64,000 nucleotides of DNA from Schmidtea nova. Taxonomy: Eukaryota. The notes beneath the pieces are model-generated. The model saw only the letters and a list, made by a program, of their open reading frames with translations, made no database searches and was not told the DNA's origin. Positions 13,591 to 26,714 of the stretch are shown one piece after another (within the stretch, counting starts at the first letter, position 1; every line of letters starts with the position of its first letter). The DNA lies in the NCBI GenBank assembly GCA_044892505.1, contig CM097883.1, positions 86,924,001-86,988,000 of the forward strand, given 5' to 3'. A program made the translations under genes and the position numbers.

Positions 13591-15225
13591 TGCATTACTC
13601 ATCAAACCTTTATTAATTACTTTTAATTAATTTTGAAAAGTTCATTAGTATCCTATCAAACATTAAAAGTTTAAAAATTGTTCTGCAACTTAAAGGGTAA
13701 TCTCATAAAATAACAATAATAAAGTTACTTTGATAACTTCAATTTCTAAACCCCCCCCTACTTCCATTAATAATTGAATTGGTGCAGATATTTGATTTGT
13801 TTGTTCATATTGAATTAGAATCTATGAGATGTGTGATGAGCGAATTATACCATTTTCTTTTATTAAATTTATTTTTCCCTTGAATTCCAAAATTGAGAAA
13901 TAATTTTTTAGGGCAATGATTTATCTTCAAGACTCAAAATCATGCATACTAAATGGAAAGTGAATGAATGTCGTCTATAAAAATAAAGTTAGTGTTTTTT
14001 TTGTGAAAGATTTCAGCTTTTAAATACATCTTTTTATCTTTAGAATCTTTAATTTTCTTCATCTTTGATTTTTTTAATTTAAATTTTTCAGATAACAGAT
14101 CAAAAACAATTTTCTCTATTCAGCTGACATTTTTGACTTTTTTTAAGAATTATAATTCAGTAATTTCCACTTTAAATTTAACCTAGGAAGTCAAATTATC
14201 TTCTGGAAACCAATTTGACTCTTTTTAGTGCAACGAAAGAACCTATTAATCTTGAAATCAGATCCGATGACATGACTATCAATAGTTTCACAATTATTTA
14301 AATTAAAACAAATTAAATTAGCATTTACATAATTTATTTTTAAATATGATCTTTTTTTTTATTTCAGAAATTTTTATTTTTTATAAAAACTTTATAAAAA
14401 AACAATTTTGATTTAATATCTTTATAAAATAATGAAAATTTTTCAAATTAAATTTAATTAAATTAAAATTATAAAACATTTTATATTGTTTATTGAAATA
14501 ATTTTAAGTATAAATATGGTCAATATTTTCATTAATATCAAAATTGAAAATGCCTCAATTGTTTGAATATTACAAGCAAACTTTGGAAATTTGAATCCTG
14601 TGATTTTTTTAAAAATTTTATGGAAAGAAACTAAGATCAGGGACGGTCCTGACGGGGCGAGCATATGGGTGGCTGATTCAACAAAATCTCATTTTCTAAT
14701 AACAAAAAATATAAAAATATTGCCTCATAAATTAAAAAATAAATATTAATATATACGTTATTTTTTCATACTTAAGCTGAAAATCAAAATTTTATCTATT
14801 TATTCAAATAGTCGAATGTGCAGAATTTATTTATAGCCATCAACCCTCGCTTTCTTTTTATATTGTTTTCTTTGGCTAGACTGATGTCATTTTTAATTGC
14901 GCACAATTTTATCTGAGTTTTATCATTTTAAAACAATATAAATATTTTGTTTTAATAAAAAGTTATCACAAGATAGTGAAAAATGTTATTAAAATTATAA
15001 CCAAATAAATTATATCCACATAAAATATTTATTTACCACGTTGTTTATGATAATTACTGTTTAATTTCTTATTATTTAAAAAATATTTAAATATAATAAT
15101 TAATAAAAATATTTAATTTTTTTTAATGGCAATTATTGATATTTTTTGTTTATTATTAATTTAAAAATTTAATTAAATTGTGATAATAGCTTTGATAAAA
15201 TATTAATTTATATTAATTTAGAATA

Positions 15226-15274
<49 letters not shown>

Positions 15275-15549
15275 CAATAATAATAATAAATTTTATATTA
15301 TATATCACTTAGTTTTATTTTGCAGACCATTTGAGACAAAAGTAATTCATATATTATTATCAAAATTTGCATTTTCTTTAACTGATCTAAGCATATATAA
15401 TGTGACATAAGAAGCAATAGTCTTTTAATCAAATTTTCATATTCTTTTATTTGATTTTTTTTCTTTTTAGTTTAGTAGAAAAGATCAATTGAGAGAACAA
15501 GATATTTTGTAATTGTTTCAAATCCCAAATGCAGTAGCGCTCAAAAGCA

Positions 15550-15811
15550 ATGCTGCCGAAAAAACCAGATGCGCATAACTGCATGAAATCCCGATTCAAT
15601 GGAATGAATATCAAAATCGCAATTAAAGAGAAAAAAGCTGACAAAAGAAAAGAAAAATCTCGAGTTGCCGCCCAAATTCGACGAAATAAAGAAAGTCAAA
15701 CTTTAATTCTGTTGCAAAATGCGTTGCCTATTTGTTTACCAAGCCCAAATCAAATGCTGGAAAAATCTATTGTCATCCGTATAGCTGGACAAACTTTGTT
15801 TCTTTTGAAAA
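15550..15811 (+). CDS. bHLH-PAS gene (HIF-alpha/SIM/Trh-like), exon 1: bHLH
   Basis: KRKEKSRVAAQIRRNKESQTLILLQNALPI...MLEKSIVIRIAGQTL aligns by eye to HIF-1a [30 protein letters not shown]...LDKASVMRLTISYL. A phase-1 GT at 15812 fits exon 2, but an N-gap starts at 15815, so the donor is uncertain. The start codon is also uncertain. Confidence 0.8.
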
Positions 15812-16617
15812 GTCNNNNNNNNNNNNNNNNNNNNNNNNNNNNNNNNNNNNNNNNNNNNNNNNNNNNNNNNNNNNNNNNNNNNNNNNNNNNNNNNNNNNNN
15901 NNNNNNNNNNNNNNNNNNNNNNNNNNNNNNNNNNNNNNNNNNNNNNNNNNNNNNNNNNNNNNNNNNNNNNNNNNNNNNNNNNNNNNATTTTAAAATAATT
16001 GCAAAATGTTTGAGTAATTATTGGGAACGAGTAACTTGTGAGGGATTGTTGATTAAATATTTAAATCCAAAAATTAATGTTCAAGTTGCTCGTTCCACGA
16101 ATATTTTGAATGTGTTAAAGTAACTGAGTTGTGAATTTTGTTTTTGATATAATCACGTTTTTTTGAAAATATTTTTCATTTTTAATGTTTCTAAAAAAAT
16201 TTTTGTTTTTAATTTTGATAAAATTTAAAAATTTTTGTTTTATAAAACAAAATATTTTGTAAAATATTTTTATATATTAAATTAATTTGAAAATTTTATG
16301 TACAAAGATTTATTTTAAAAATTGAATTTTGATACAATTGGAGGATGATTATTATTGATTAATTTGTTTAAATATTTCGTATTTTATATCTATTATTGAT
16401 TATCCGGTTTGCTATTCTGAAGAAGACTGTTATTCGGTTATGTTGAATATANNNNNNNNNNNNNNNNNNNNNNNNNNNNNNNNNNNNNNNNNNNNNNNNN
16501 NNNNNNNNNNNNNNNNNNNNNNNNNNNNNNNNNNNNNNNNNNNNNNNNNNNNNNNNNNNNNNNNNNNNNNNNNNNNNNNNNNNNNNNNNNNNNNNNNNNN
16601 NNNNNNNNNNNNNNNNN

Positions 16618-16750
16618 TTTTGTTTCATCTTTGATCTTTTTTTTAATATTAATATCAATAATTCCCATAATGTTAAGACTATAGATCAAAATTTCTTTAA
16701 ATAAGTACACAATATTTCGGCACAGCCTTTATCAAGTGTGTATTTATGTT
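16618..16750. repeat. Palindromic family, left arm next to an N-gap
   Basis: tttcatctttgatcttttttt...gactatagatcaaaa...cacaatatttcggcacagcctttatcaagtgtgtattt. Confidence 0.85.
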
Positions 16751-17342
16751 AATTATTAAAGTGTACAGTGGTTCAAATTTCCATAAGTGTTAATTATTTT
16801 TTGTTTAGTTTATGATTTTTGTATTCATTTTGTTATAGTTAAATATTATAAAATAATGCGACGGGAAAGAAATACCGGCCAATGATAAAAAATAATTTAT
16901 AATCAATTTTAATTTTTTTAAAAAATACTTCTTTCGTTGAATATTGACAATTTTAGTCTGAATTTGATTTTTTGTTAGAATTTTAAAACTGGTTTTTGTT
17001 TTAGCAGAATATTTTTAAAATAAAATAAAATAATTTTAAAATTTAGTAAGCTTTTTCTGCAATGTTTGTTTTAAAATGGAAAATCAGATAAATTTCGTGT
17101 TTAAATGAACATGATTTATTGTAAATCGAAATTTTACAGATATTTTTTNNNNNNNNNNNNNNNNNNNNNNNNNNNNNNNNNNNNNNNNNNNNNNNNNNNN
17201 NNNNNNNNNNNNNNNNNNNNNNNNNNNNNNNNNNNNNNNNNNNNNNNNNNNNNNNNNNNNNNNNNNNNNNNNNNNNNNNNNNNNNNNNNNNNNNNNNNNN
17301 NNNNNNNNNNNNNNNNNNNNNNNNNNNNNNNNNNNNNNNNNN

Positions 17343-17532
17343 GTGACTATAGATCAAAATTTTTATAAACAATAACACAATATTTCGGCACAGCCTTTAT
17401 CAAGTGTTTATTTCAAATACACATTTGATAAAGGCTGTTCCGAAATATTGTGTTATTGTTTATAAAATAAGTTTTGATCTATAGTCATCATTATGAGAAT
17501 TATTGATAATAATAATAAAAAAAATCAAAGGT
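17343..17532. repeat. Palindromic family, both arms, flanked by N-gaps
   Basis: gactatagatc...cggcacagcctttatcaagtg tttatttcaaatac acatttgataaaggctgttccg...gatctatagtc...aaatcaaaggt. Confidence 0.9.
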
Positions 17533-18396
17533 NNNNNNNNNNNNNNNNNNNNNNNNNNNNNNNNNNNNNNNNNNNNNNNNNNNNNNNNNNNNNNNNNNNN
17601 NNNNNNNNNNNNNNNNNNNNNNNNNNNNNNNNNNNNNNNNNNNNNNNNNNNNNNNNNNNNNNNNNNNNNNNNNNNNNNNNNNNNNNNNNNNNNNNNNNNN
17701 NNNNNNNNNNNNNNNNNNNNNNNNNNNNNNNATCATGATCTACATTTTGTTTATTTTATTTATTTATTACTCAATTTTAAACCTATTTAATTGTAATGAA
17801 AACAATCAATCAAATTTTTTCTTTTAATAATCTAATAAAACTTTTTCTTAGAAAATTATATTAACTTTCTCAATCGCAGTGTCAAAGAAATTGATGGATT
17901 TAGAGAAAAAGTTCAATGATATATTAACTTCGTAAAAAACGAACAGTTCAATTTCCAAATATGTTATTTGCATGAATATAGGTACTTGAAATTCTATAGA
18001 TAATATCCGTTATTTTTCTAAAGGAAATTTTCCACAATTCATGAAATGATTTCTAATTTGCTCACTTTAGAAAAATTCCAATGAGTTCGTTTGCGATAAT
18101 TATCTAAATTCTATTCATAGTTTTCGAGTAAAGTTCTCTGAAATTTTCTCGGAAGATTTGTTTGTCGAGATAATTCTATCTCATCAAGTGAATGTCTGTG
18201 AAACTGAGTTTTAGAATATATTTGGCAAATGCTAGCAAATCTATTAATTTATTTTCATTTCATTTATAGATTTTTCATTTAGACTTATTTTTCAGATTAT
18301 TTTGGTTTAAATTTGTCATTTTCTTTAAATAAAAAAATAGTGTTAACAATAACTAAAAACAGTTAAATATATTTTAAAATAATAAATATATTTTAG

Positions 18397-19322
18397 TACA
18401 ATATTCCCCGGGCCATATCCCCCCGGACAATATCCCCTGGACAATATCCTCTGGACAACATCCCCTTGGACAATATCTCCTGGACAACACCCCCTTGAAC
18501 AATATCCATCCGGACAATATCCCCTGGACCATATCCCCCGGACAATATCCCCTGGACAATACCCCTTTAAACAATATCCCCTGGGCAATACCCCCTTTGG
18601 ACAATATCCCCTTTGGACCATATCCCTTTGGACAATATCCCCCGGACAATATCTCCTGGACAACATCCCCTTGGACAATTGCTTCTGGACAACACCCCCT
18701 TGGACAATATCCATCCGGACAATATCCCCTGGATCATATCCCCCGGACAATATCCCCTGGACAATACCCCTTTAAACAATATCCCCTTTGGACCATATCC
18801 CTTTGGACAATATCCACCCGGACAATATCCCCCGGACAATATCCCCTGGACAACATCCCCTTGAACAATATCTCTTGGACAATATCCCCTTTGGACCATA
18901 TCCCCCAGAAAACATCCATCCGGAAAATACCCCCTTGGACAATTTCTACCCTTGAAAATTCCCAACATCAATTAATTTAATATTAATTTAATTTAATATT
19001 AAAAATTCATTTATTGGTTTCGTTTGGGCATTGAGGGGTGAAATAAACTAAATATTGTAGTATCGTTTTTTGGTCATTGATGTTCGGAATTTTCCAAGGT
19101 GTAAATTGTCCAAAGGGGGTATTGTCCGAATGGATATTGTCCGGGGGGATATGGTCCGGGGGATATTGTCCGGGTGGATATTGTCCAAAGGGGGTATTGT
19201 CCGAATGGATATTGTCCGGGGGGATATGGTCCGGGGGATATTGTCCGGGTGGATATTGTCCAAAGGGGATATTGTTTAAAGGGGGTATTGTCCGAAAGGA
19301 TATTGTCCGGGGGAATATGTGT
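18397..19322. repeat. Foldback-like element: inverted arms built of a 14-16 bp GGACAATATCCCC(C/T) minisatellite
   Basis: The forward arm (18397-18970) ends ...cccttggacaatttctacccttgaaaattcccaacatca. The reverse arm (19078-19322) begins with its near complement tgatgttcggaattttccaaggtgtaaattgtccaaaggggg. An AT-rich spacer of about 105 bp separates them. Confidence 0.85.
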
Positions 19323-19684
19323 GTGTGGTTTTCATTGTTAATTGTTTCTTTATAACAATTAAATGTCAAATATTGTAAAGATTTAGGAATAATATAAATA
19401 AATTAAAAACGAAAATAATATTTTGAGTTGCCGGTTTTGTCAGAACTCCTTATATTTTAATAATTGTATTTAAATAAGTAGTATGGTTTTAAAATAAAAA
19501 TTCAAATCAAACAAGAATTCAATTAAGATACAAAGTTATTTGCTAAACAAAGTTATTTAAACAAAATTTTTCAGCAAATTTTTCATATTCCACAATCATT
19601 CAATATAATATAGCATTGATTAATTTATTTTGTATTAAAAATGATTTTATTTATAAAATATTTTAACTTTTATTTCTTTAAACT

Positions 19685-19820
19685 TATCTTTTGGTTTCAC
19701 CTTTGATCTCTTTTTTTAAGTCAATAATTTTTATATTAATTTTTGTAAGACTATAGATCAAATATTTTTTGGATCTTAGGTACACGATATTTCAGCACAG
19801 TATTTATCAAGTGTGTTTTT
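19685..19820. repeat. Palindromic family, left arm only
   Basis: ttatcttttggtttcacctttgatctc...gactatagatcaaa...cacgatatttcagcacagtatttatcaagtgtg. Confidence 0.8.
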
Positions 19821-19941
19821 ATTATTTCGTTATTTTAAATATATATATATATATATATATAGAAAACGCGAAAATTTTATGAAGATTTTCTTTTTGAAAT
19901 ATTAGAAGAAAAATTATTATTATTATTATTATTATTTTAAG

Positions 19942-20072
19942 TTCTTGGAATGACCGATTGGTTAACTGTGCCACTGATAAGTTCAAACTTTTTGGCTTTC
20001 TTTACAGACAATATTGGCCAAATTGTTTATGCTAGTCCAAATATTCAAAATGTTCTAGAACAGCACCACTGG
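19942..20072 (+). CDS. bHLH-PAS gene exon 2: PAS-A start
   Basis: AG at 19940-41; reads (I)LGMTDWLTVPLISSNFLAFFTDNIGQIVYASPNIQNVLEQHHW; GTAATT donor at 20073, phase 0. Parallels HIF [29 protein letters not shown], which has an intron at the same place. Confidence 0.8.
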
Positions 20073-20129
20073 GTAATTATTTATTGCTATAATTCTGAAA
20101 TTAATTATAATAATTTAATATTATTAATA

Positions 20130-20173
<44 letters not shown>

Positions 20174-20694
20174 TAATTAAAATTATTTATAAAAATGACA
20201 TTTACATAAATCTATTATTTTTAAATTTTGTACAATTTAAATATAAGGTGATATAATTATAAATGTTTTTCAATCTCTAAAACCAGAGAATTTCCTAAAA
20301 GTTTGATTTAATCTGCATTGTTTTGTTATTTTAGTTTCATTAACTTGTTCAACATCAAAAGAAATTTGATTTATTAAGTTTCGTCAATTTTGTCATTTTT
20401 GTGAATTTTAGGTATCAGCAAAAAATAAAAGCATTTAAAAACGCACTGTTTTTCAATCACCGATTCACCGATCCGCAAGGAAATTTGTATTGAAATTATA
20501 AGTACTAGATAAGTACTAATTATATAATATAAAAAATTCTCTTTTTTCAACTCTTAATGGGCGATGACAAACAATGACGAGTTTATGGCGTTTCGTTTGG
20601 TATTATTTTTTACCTGTTTTTCATCTAATCGTGTATATTACCAATCTTTGTTTGGTGGTATTTCTGGTTTGCAATGACTGAAATATTTTTATTA

Positions 20695-20925
20695 ATCTTT
20701 TGGTTTCATCTTTGATCTCTTTTTATTTTTAAATCAATAATTTTCATATTAATAATTGTGTGAATATATATCAAAAAACATTTTGGTTTCATTTACACGA
20801 TATTTTGACACAGTTTTTATCAAGTTTGTATTGATACACACTTGATAAAGGCTGTGTCGAATTATCGTGTAATAACAAAAAATATTTGGTCTATAGTCAC
20901 ACTATTATTATTATGAAAATTTTTG
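20695..20925. repeat. Palindromic family, both arms (older subfamily)
   Basis: cacgatattttgacacagtttttatcaagtttgtatt / gatacacacttgataaaggctgtgtcgaattatcgtgt; centre near 20832. Confidence 0.8.
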
Positions 20926-21275
20926 ATTTTAAATTATTTGTAATTAAATTATCTTATCGACTGAAATTACTACCAAAAAGAAATAGTATAATATAAATAA
21001 TATAATACAAATAAAATTTTTAAGTGTTTCAAACTTCCATGCAAAGTAAATTATAATATAGCTGTTCATTATAATATATAAATCCCTTAAAATGAATTTA
21101 TTTAAAATTAGACGGCTATTGACGACAGAAGGACTGACAGTGGCATTTTATTTATTTGATAATAATAAAAACCTTTAAATTAAAATAATTATAATTATAC
21201 TACTTAGTTTAAAATGTAGTAAAATAATGTATAAAATAGAAAGCCTTTTCTGTAAAGTTTATTGATTGAAATATT

Positions 21276-21692
21276 TCAACTTGTAAAGGTTATTTTAGTA
21301 GCTGCAAAATTAATTAATAAGACAAAAAAAAATATATTCAATAAAACAAATTGTTCTTTCTTAGCTGCAGGTATATCATCAGCTTTCACAGTTGAATTAA
21401 TCTTCTTTTTCTTCATGAAATAGCTGTCTTTAATGCGCTCTGGAATATCAATGGTAGAAATATCTATCTTTGTGCTTGTAGCAATAACTGGGGTGATTGA
21501 TTGTCTCATTCGCCTCTTGTGCTCACTGAATTCTTTCGTACGATTTGAGTTCTTTTTAATTGCAACATTCAATTGGTAACTTTGTGGTTTGCGTTGGGTT
21601 TTAATTTGTGCAGCTTCCATTTTTGTAAATTGCTTCTTGCTTGTCGTTTTTTGAATAAGGTGAAAAGTGCCATTTTTTTCTGATTTAAACAA
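21276..21692 (-). other. Unassigned 138-codon antisense ORF in intron 2 (possible exon of a nested gene)
   Basis: Open, hydrophilic K/S/T-rich frame, more GC-rich than its flanks, with a possible acceptor (ttgtttaaatcag) near 21680. No recognisable motif. Confidence 0.3.
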
Positions 21693-22535
21693 ATCGCATA
21701 TTTTTTTTATAAATAATTAAATACTTGATTTTAATATATAAATATTGATATTTAATTAAATAATATAATAACATATAATTATAACGGAGGCACTACAGTT
21801 ATGATCACTGAAATACTAAATTCTTTCCAAAAATAGATTTTTTTCTTTCAATTATTCTTTTAAATATAAAAATTGAAATTAATTTTAATTTTAATTTTTC
21901 CTTAAAACTATTTTTTAAAGCAAATTACATTTTGAGATCATATTTATTTACTATCATAAAAATAACTAATGTAAACATATGAATATGTTCTTTATAAATA
22001 CTTATAAAACAGTTTCCTTTTATTAAAATTTCACCTTTTACATTTTTGGATTTACTAATTTATTTTTCTTATGTGAAAAAATAGATTTTTTCTACAAATT
22101 TATTTCAATTCTTACTTAAGTTAATACATTGAGCCTTTCTTTTGTATTATTTTCCGTTTTTCATATTATTGTTGGTGTTGTTAAAATAAACAGAAAATAA
22201 ATGCAAAAGCACAAAAGCTATGTGCAAATCAATAAAAAAATACAAAATTGGGAAAATAATAATTAAAGTGCAAACATTAATTAAAATTTATAAAATTCAA
22301 AAATAAATATTTAACCTAGGAAACCTGGTATGTGATGATACTAAATGATAAGACGAATTCAAATATGGGTATATAATATTAAAAAGGAGCCCCAAAAAAG
22401 AAATATTAAGAAAATACAAATTAATTAAAATAATTAATTACCTTACAGGAAACCCGAGCCTATGGGAAGCTCAAGCGATGTGGAAAACCCGGGGTATCGA
22501 CACATCTATTAATTAGGAAAAGTTAATGGACTATT

Positions 22536-23057
22536 CAGAGGTGGGGAACCCGCGGCCTTTTGGCTATTCTAGTGCGGCCTTTTGAGTAATATCGATTTTT
22601 TTATTTGTATTTGATAAGATTTATGATGAGAATAAATTACGGAAAAAACATACTACCTTTCAAATAACTGATCAATATTTAGAAGACCAACTGATACTGC
22701 GAACGTCTATGCTTGAACCGAATATTCAAATGCTTTCTAACAAAAAGCAGAAGCAAATAAGCCATTAAAAGTTGATAAAATGAAACATTAACAAATATTT
22801 TTAATGATATACAATGTGTATATATATTATGTTTTATGTATGTATAACATTTTATTAACAATATACAATATAATAAATTAGATTTGTAAATATATATTTT
22901 TTTCATAAAAGATTATTTTAAATTGCGTTTTGGCTAATTTATAATGTGAATTAAAATAAATAGTTTATAGGGGGGTCAACGTTTTATTTACTGCGGCCTT
23001 ATGTTAAATCAGATAAGTGAATGTGGCCTTTTGAAATGAAAAGGTTCCCCACCCCTG
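22536..23057 (+). mobile_element. hAT (Charlie-type) internal-deletion derivative
   Basis: 15 bp TIRs CAGAGGTGGGGAACC / GGTTCCCCACCCCTG; near-identical flanks ggactatt / gactaatt. Internal LEDQLILRTSMLEPNIQMLSNKKQKQISH* (22679-22768) is the Charlie-type transposase C-terminus (KQ.Q.SH*). Confidence 0.8.
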
Positions 23058-23704
23058 GACTAATTGAAGGGTGACCGGGTGAAAAGCCGCAAATTTACTT
23101 AGCGGCAACTTCCAATTTAATTAATTATTTGACAGATCCATTAAGGCGCGACAGGACCGAGCAAAAAGGCACTATATAAACTGAGATTGCCAGTTGGTAG
23201 AAGACAAAATTAAAGAATTGAGCAAGAAATCTGAAAGTGGAAAAGGAAGCTGAAACGGTAATTGAAAGTTATAAAGTATCGATTTATCAATTTTCTGCGT
23301 ACCAAAAAGGAAGATCTCCCATTGGGTCTTCTACCCTAATGCAGAGTGCAGATAACATTACCTTTTGTGATTGAATTGGAAAAATAAAAATTATTGTATT
23401 GGGTCTAATTTGTTGTTTTGAAAGAAAGAACACAGGAGTCAGATACCAACCGACTATTCATTAATAACCCAACCCTTTATTGTGGAAGAAAGTTCAGAAA
23501 ATCTTCGTTTTCCTCATGGCTTAAAATACATCAACGTCAAATGAATCTTAAATGCGATGTTAGAAAGCAGCCTCATTTCAAAACATCTTCCATTGTGCTA
23601 ATTATTATTAGCAGAATTTTTTTCATTTCTTTTTCCATTATCATGTTCTTTCATTTAATTTTTAATTAGTTTTTTAGCTGATTGTCTTTTTTACATTTAA
23701 TTCA

Positions 23705-23932
23705 CAATGTTTCCCCGAATACAGGTCCGGGGCTAATATGGGAAATTTTTCTACGGAAGGCTTATATTTCGGTGATGTTGAAAGAAAATTTTGAAAAAAT
23801 TTTAGTTTTTTCGTCAAAAATTTGAATGCTATCAAATTCTTCTGTAAATAACGAATTTTCTTAAAGAGATGCTACAACCTGATCAGAGTTATTTTTTTTC
23901 ATTGGGTTTGGCCTCTATTAAGGGAAACACTA
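23705..23932. mobile_element. Possible Tc1/mariner-superfamily MITE
   Basis: CAATGTTTCCCC ... GGGAAACACTA imperfect TIRs; TA on the right side only. Confidence 0.35.
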
Positions 23933-25294
23933 TATATTAATATTAAAAGCAGAAACACACTATAGAATATTTTAGATATGTTTTAAAAATTATATTAATA
24001 GTTTATCTTTATTTTTTTAACTCTAAAAAATTAAAATATTTTTAACTTTATTTAGGATTAATAAAAATGTTATTGGATTGTGCTAGTGTGTGATTAAGTG
24101 ATCACCAATAAACCTGTAAATATTATTAATATTTCATTGAATTTGTTTATTGCTAGATGATGACTAATAATTTGCAAAAATACTTTATTTAAAAATTGGG
24201 ATTCTTTTATTTATTTAAAAGTTATCAGTGTTGTTTAATACTTTTAAATTTGTTTTCACGAAAACTCTAATTAATCAGCATTAAAAAATAAATTAGTTTT
24301 TTTTTAACCTTTAACAATGAAAATCTGATTCACTTTCACTGGTTTATTATTGGATTGTTTTGTTTGGAATTTTTTTGCTGTTTTCTGTTAAATTGATTGT
24401 GCACTTTAATGGACGATAAATCATTTTATCACAACAAATCAAAAGGTTATTCGCAGACTCTGTATCCATATGGACGTGCCCCTTAAGCACTATGGGAGTA
24501 ATCTAATTAAACTGTCTTTGACTATTTATCAGACCAAATCCATTCGCAATTTTACAGTTTTTCGTTTTCAAAGGAAATTTCAATTGAGAGAAAAAAAATA
24601 TTTTTCTAACAACAAACTAGGAATATTAATTCAATTTTTGTAACGGGTAAAAACTGACGGAAAATTCAAATTTAAAATTTCCATTTACAAAATTTAATTA
24701 AAACTGCAATTAACACCCAGATATTTCTAAGAAACTTGTGTCGCTTATTATGTCAAATATAATTAGTTATAAAATCCTAGGAATTTAAAATAGGGAATTA
24801 TTGAGGCGACAATGTAAAGAGACCTACAAATTCGAAATTTTAATATCTTTACAAATTTTAGATTAAAAAAATCATTCAAATTTTATTGGTTTTCATTGGT
24901 TTCCAGGAAATAAATGATAAAAAAAAATTTCTTTTCGACTCAATTTTTATTTAATACACTTAAAAAAGGCACTGCTGAAAATTTAAACAAGAAAAAAATT
25001 GTCTTGTTCTATTGGCTGAAAAAATGTATATAAATGAAATCGAAAAGTGAAGATTAAAGATTTTAATGATAATCAAATGTTGTTTTTTTCTTATTCACGC
25101 ACCTAATTTGCTGAATGACTGAATAAAGGTCGAGTTTAATTCTTATTTGTGTCTTATGTTGCAAACATTTGATTATTGCAGGTCTTATATATGTTGAGGT
25201 TCGGAAAATCTTAACTTAAGGTTCCTATATAAATAAGAACACAAACACTGGTTATTAACATTTTATTAAATCACAACAATTATATAATATCATA

Positions 25295-25523
25295 ATTATC
25301 TTTTTTCACCTTTGATCTTTTTTTATTATTATTATCAATAATTCTCATAATGACTATAGATCAAATTTTTTTTTATAAACAATAACACAATATTTCGGCA
25401 CAGCCTTTATCAAGTGTGTATTTCTAAATACACACTTGATAAAGGCTGTGCCGAAATATTGTGTTATTGTTTATAAAAAACAATTTGATCTATAGTCATT
25501 ATGAGAATTATTGATAATAATAA
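25295..25523. repeat. Palindromic family, best copy (about 98 bp arms, 2 nt loop)
   Basis: ...cggcacagcctttatcaagtgtgtattt CT aaatacacacttgataaaggctgtgccg... Arms pair out to tattattatcaataattctcataatgactatagatc / gatctatagtcattatgagaattattgataataata; loop at 25424-25425. Confidence 0.95.
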
Positions 25524-26714
25524 TTATATAATACACAATAAAATATTCACCTTTTAGACAAAAGTTATAAGCGTTACGTTTTTTTTGTTTTTGTATGTTT
25601 CCTCTGCTAAATGTCTCTACTTGCTATTACCTGAGCTCGGTTATGTAAATTTGTATGCTCGAAATTATATTGCAATATCAATTTCTGAATTTGCAATTCT
25701 TCTTAGCAAATAATTTTTGAGATGATTTGACTGAAAATTCAGTCAATTTTTATACTAAATTTTAAGGCACTTAATCTGCCAAAAATGATTGTTATTTTGC
25801 TTCTTGAGATGATTGAAATTGTGTTGAAAACAGAATTATTTTCAAAACATAATTGTTTTCTAACCTTGAAATTATTTCATTTTGCTGACCTTTGTAAGTC
25901 ATAAATATAATTTATTTAAACAAACAGTAATTTATTTATTTTATTTTTATTATAATTGTTATAATTTATTTTATTGAATTAAAATATCAAAATATAAACC
26001 ATTTTCCAAATAGTTAAAAGAATTAATTTACATAAAATATTTTCACAACAAAATCTTCTTTCAAAATTACATAAAATTTTGTCCATCACGAAAGAAAATG
26101 TCAATAAATGTTCGCAAGATCACATATTGATAAATTGTCAAATTATAAATTGTCATGCTGATAAATTGTCATCAATATTTTATTAACAGTAACAAAATAA
26201 AATTATCCCATAACCACATAAAATAACAGATAAATATCAATTGTCACCAAGATTATTGAAGAATTCTTCTTTCTGAAGTCCATATTTATTTCTTATTTTG
26301 TGTATATATATCTTCCCATACTATATAATATATTTCAATTTTTAAATTTTTAATATTCACCCATCTTCTAACATATATGTTCAGTCTAGATGAAGAAACA
26401 TTTAGATTTTTATAATGTATTGAATTGTAAACTTACTTAAAAGATTGGAATTTTTAGGTCCTTTTTTTATTTTTGAAGTTTATGCAGTTTGTGCAGTTCT
26501 ATTCTTGCATGAAAATATATATTTTTTAAAAATGAACTTTTTAATATGGGATTCCAAAAAAGTATTTTGCATCAATTCATATTTTTTATAAAACGATAGC
26601 CAGTGTCGAATTGGAAGTAATTTAGATTCATCGAAATTATTGGAAATATAAATAAACTCAAATAAATTATTAATTTTTCATTTTATCCTCTACTTATTTT
26701 CACTAACAGCACGG

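Noticed and set aside
18343-19369. Ten overlapping Gly/Pro/Cys-rich ORFs on both strands
   Set aside because: They are translations of the GGACAATATCCCC minisatellite, open in several frames because the unit lacks stops.
17343-25523. CRISPR-like or terminator reading of the palindromes and minisatellite
   Set aside because: There is no regular repeat-spacer period and no cas genes, and the context is a spliceosomal eukaryotic gene.
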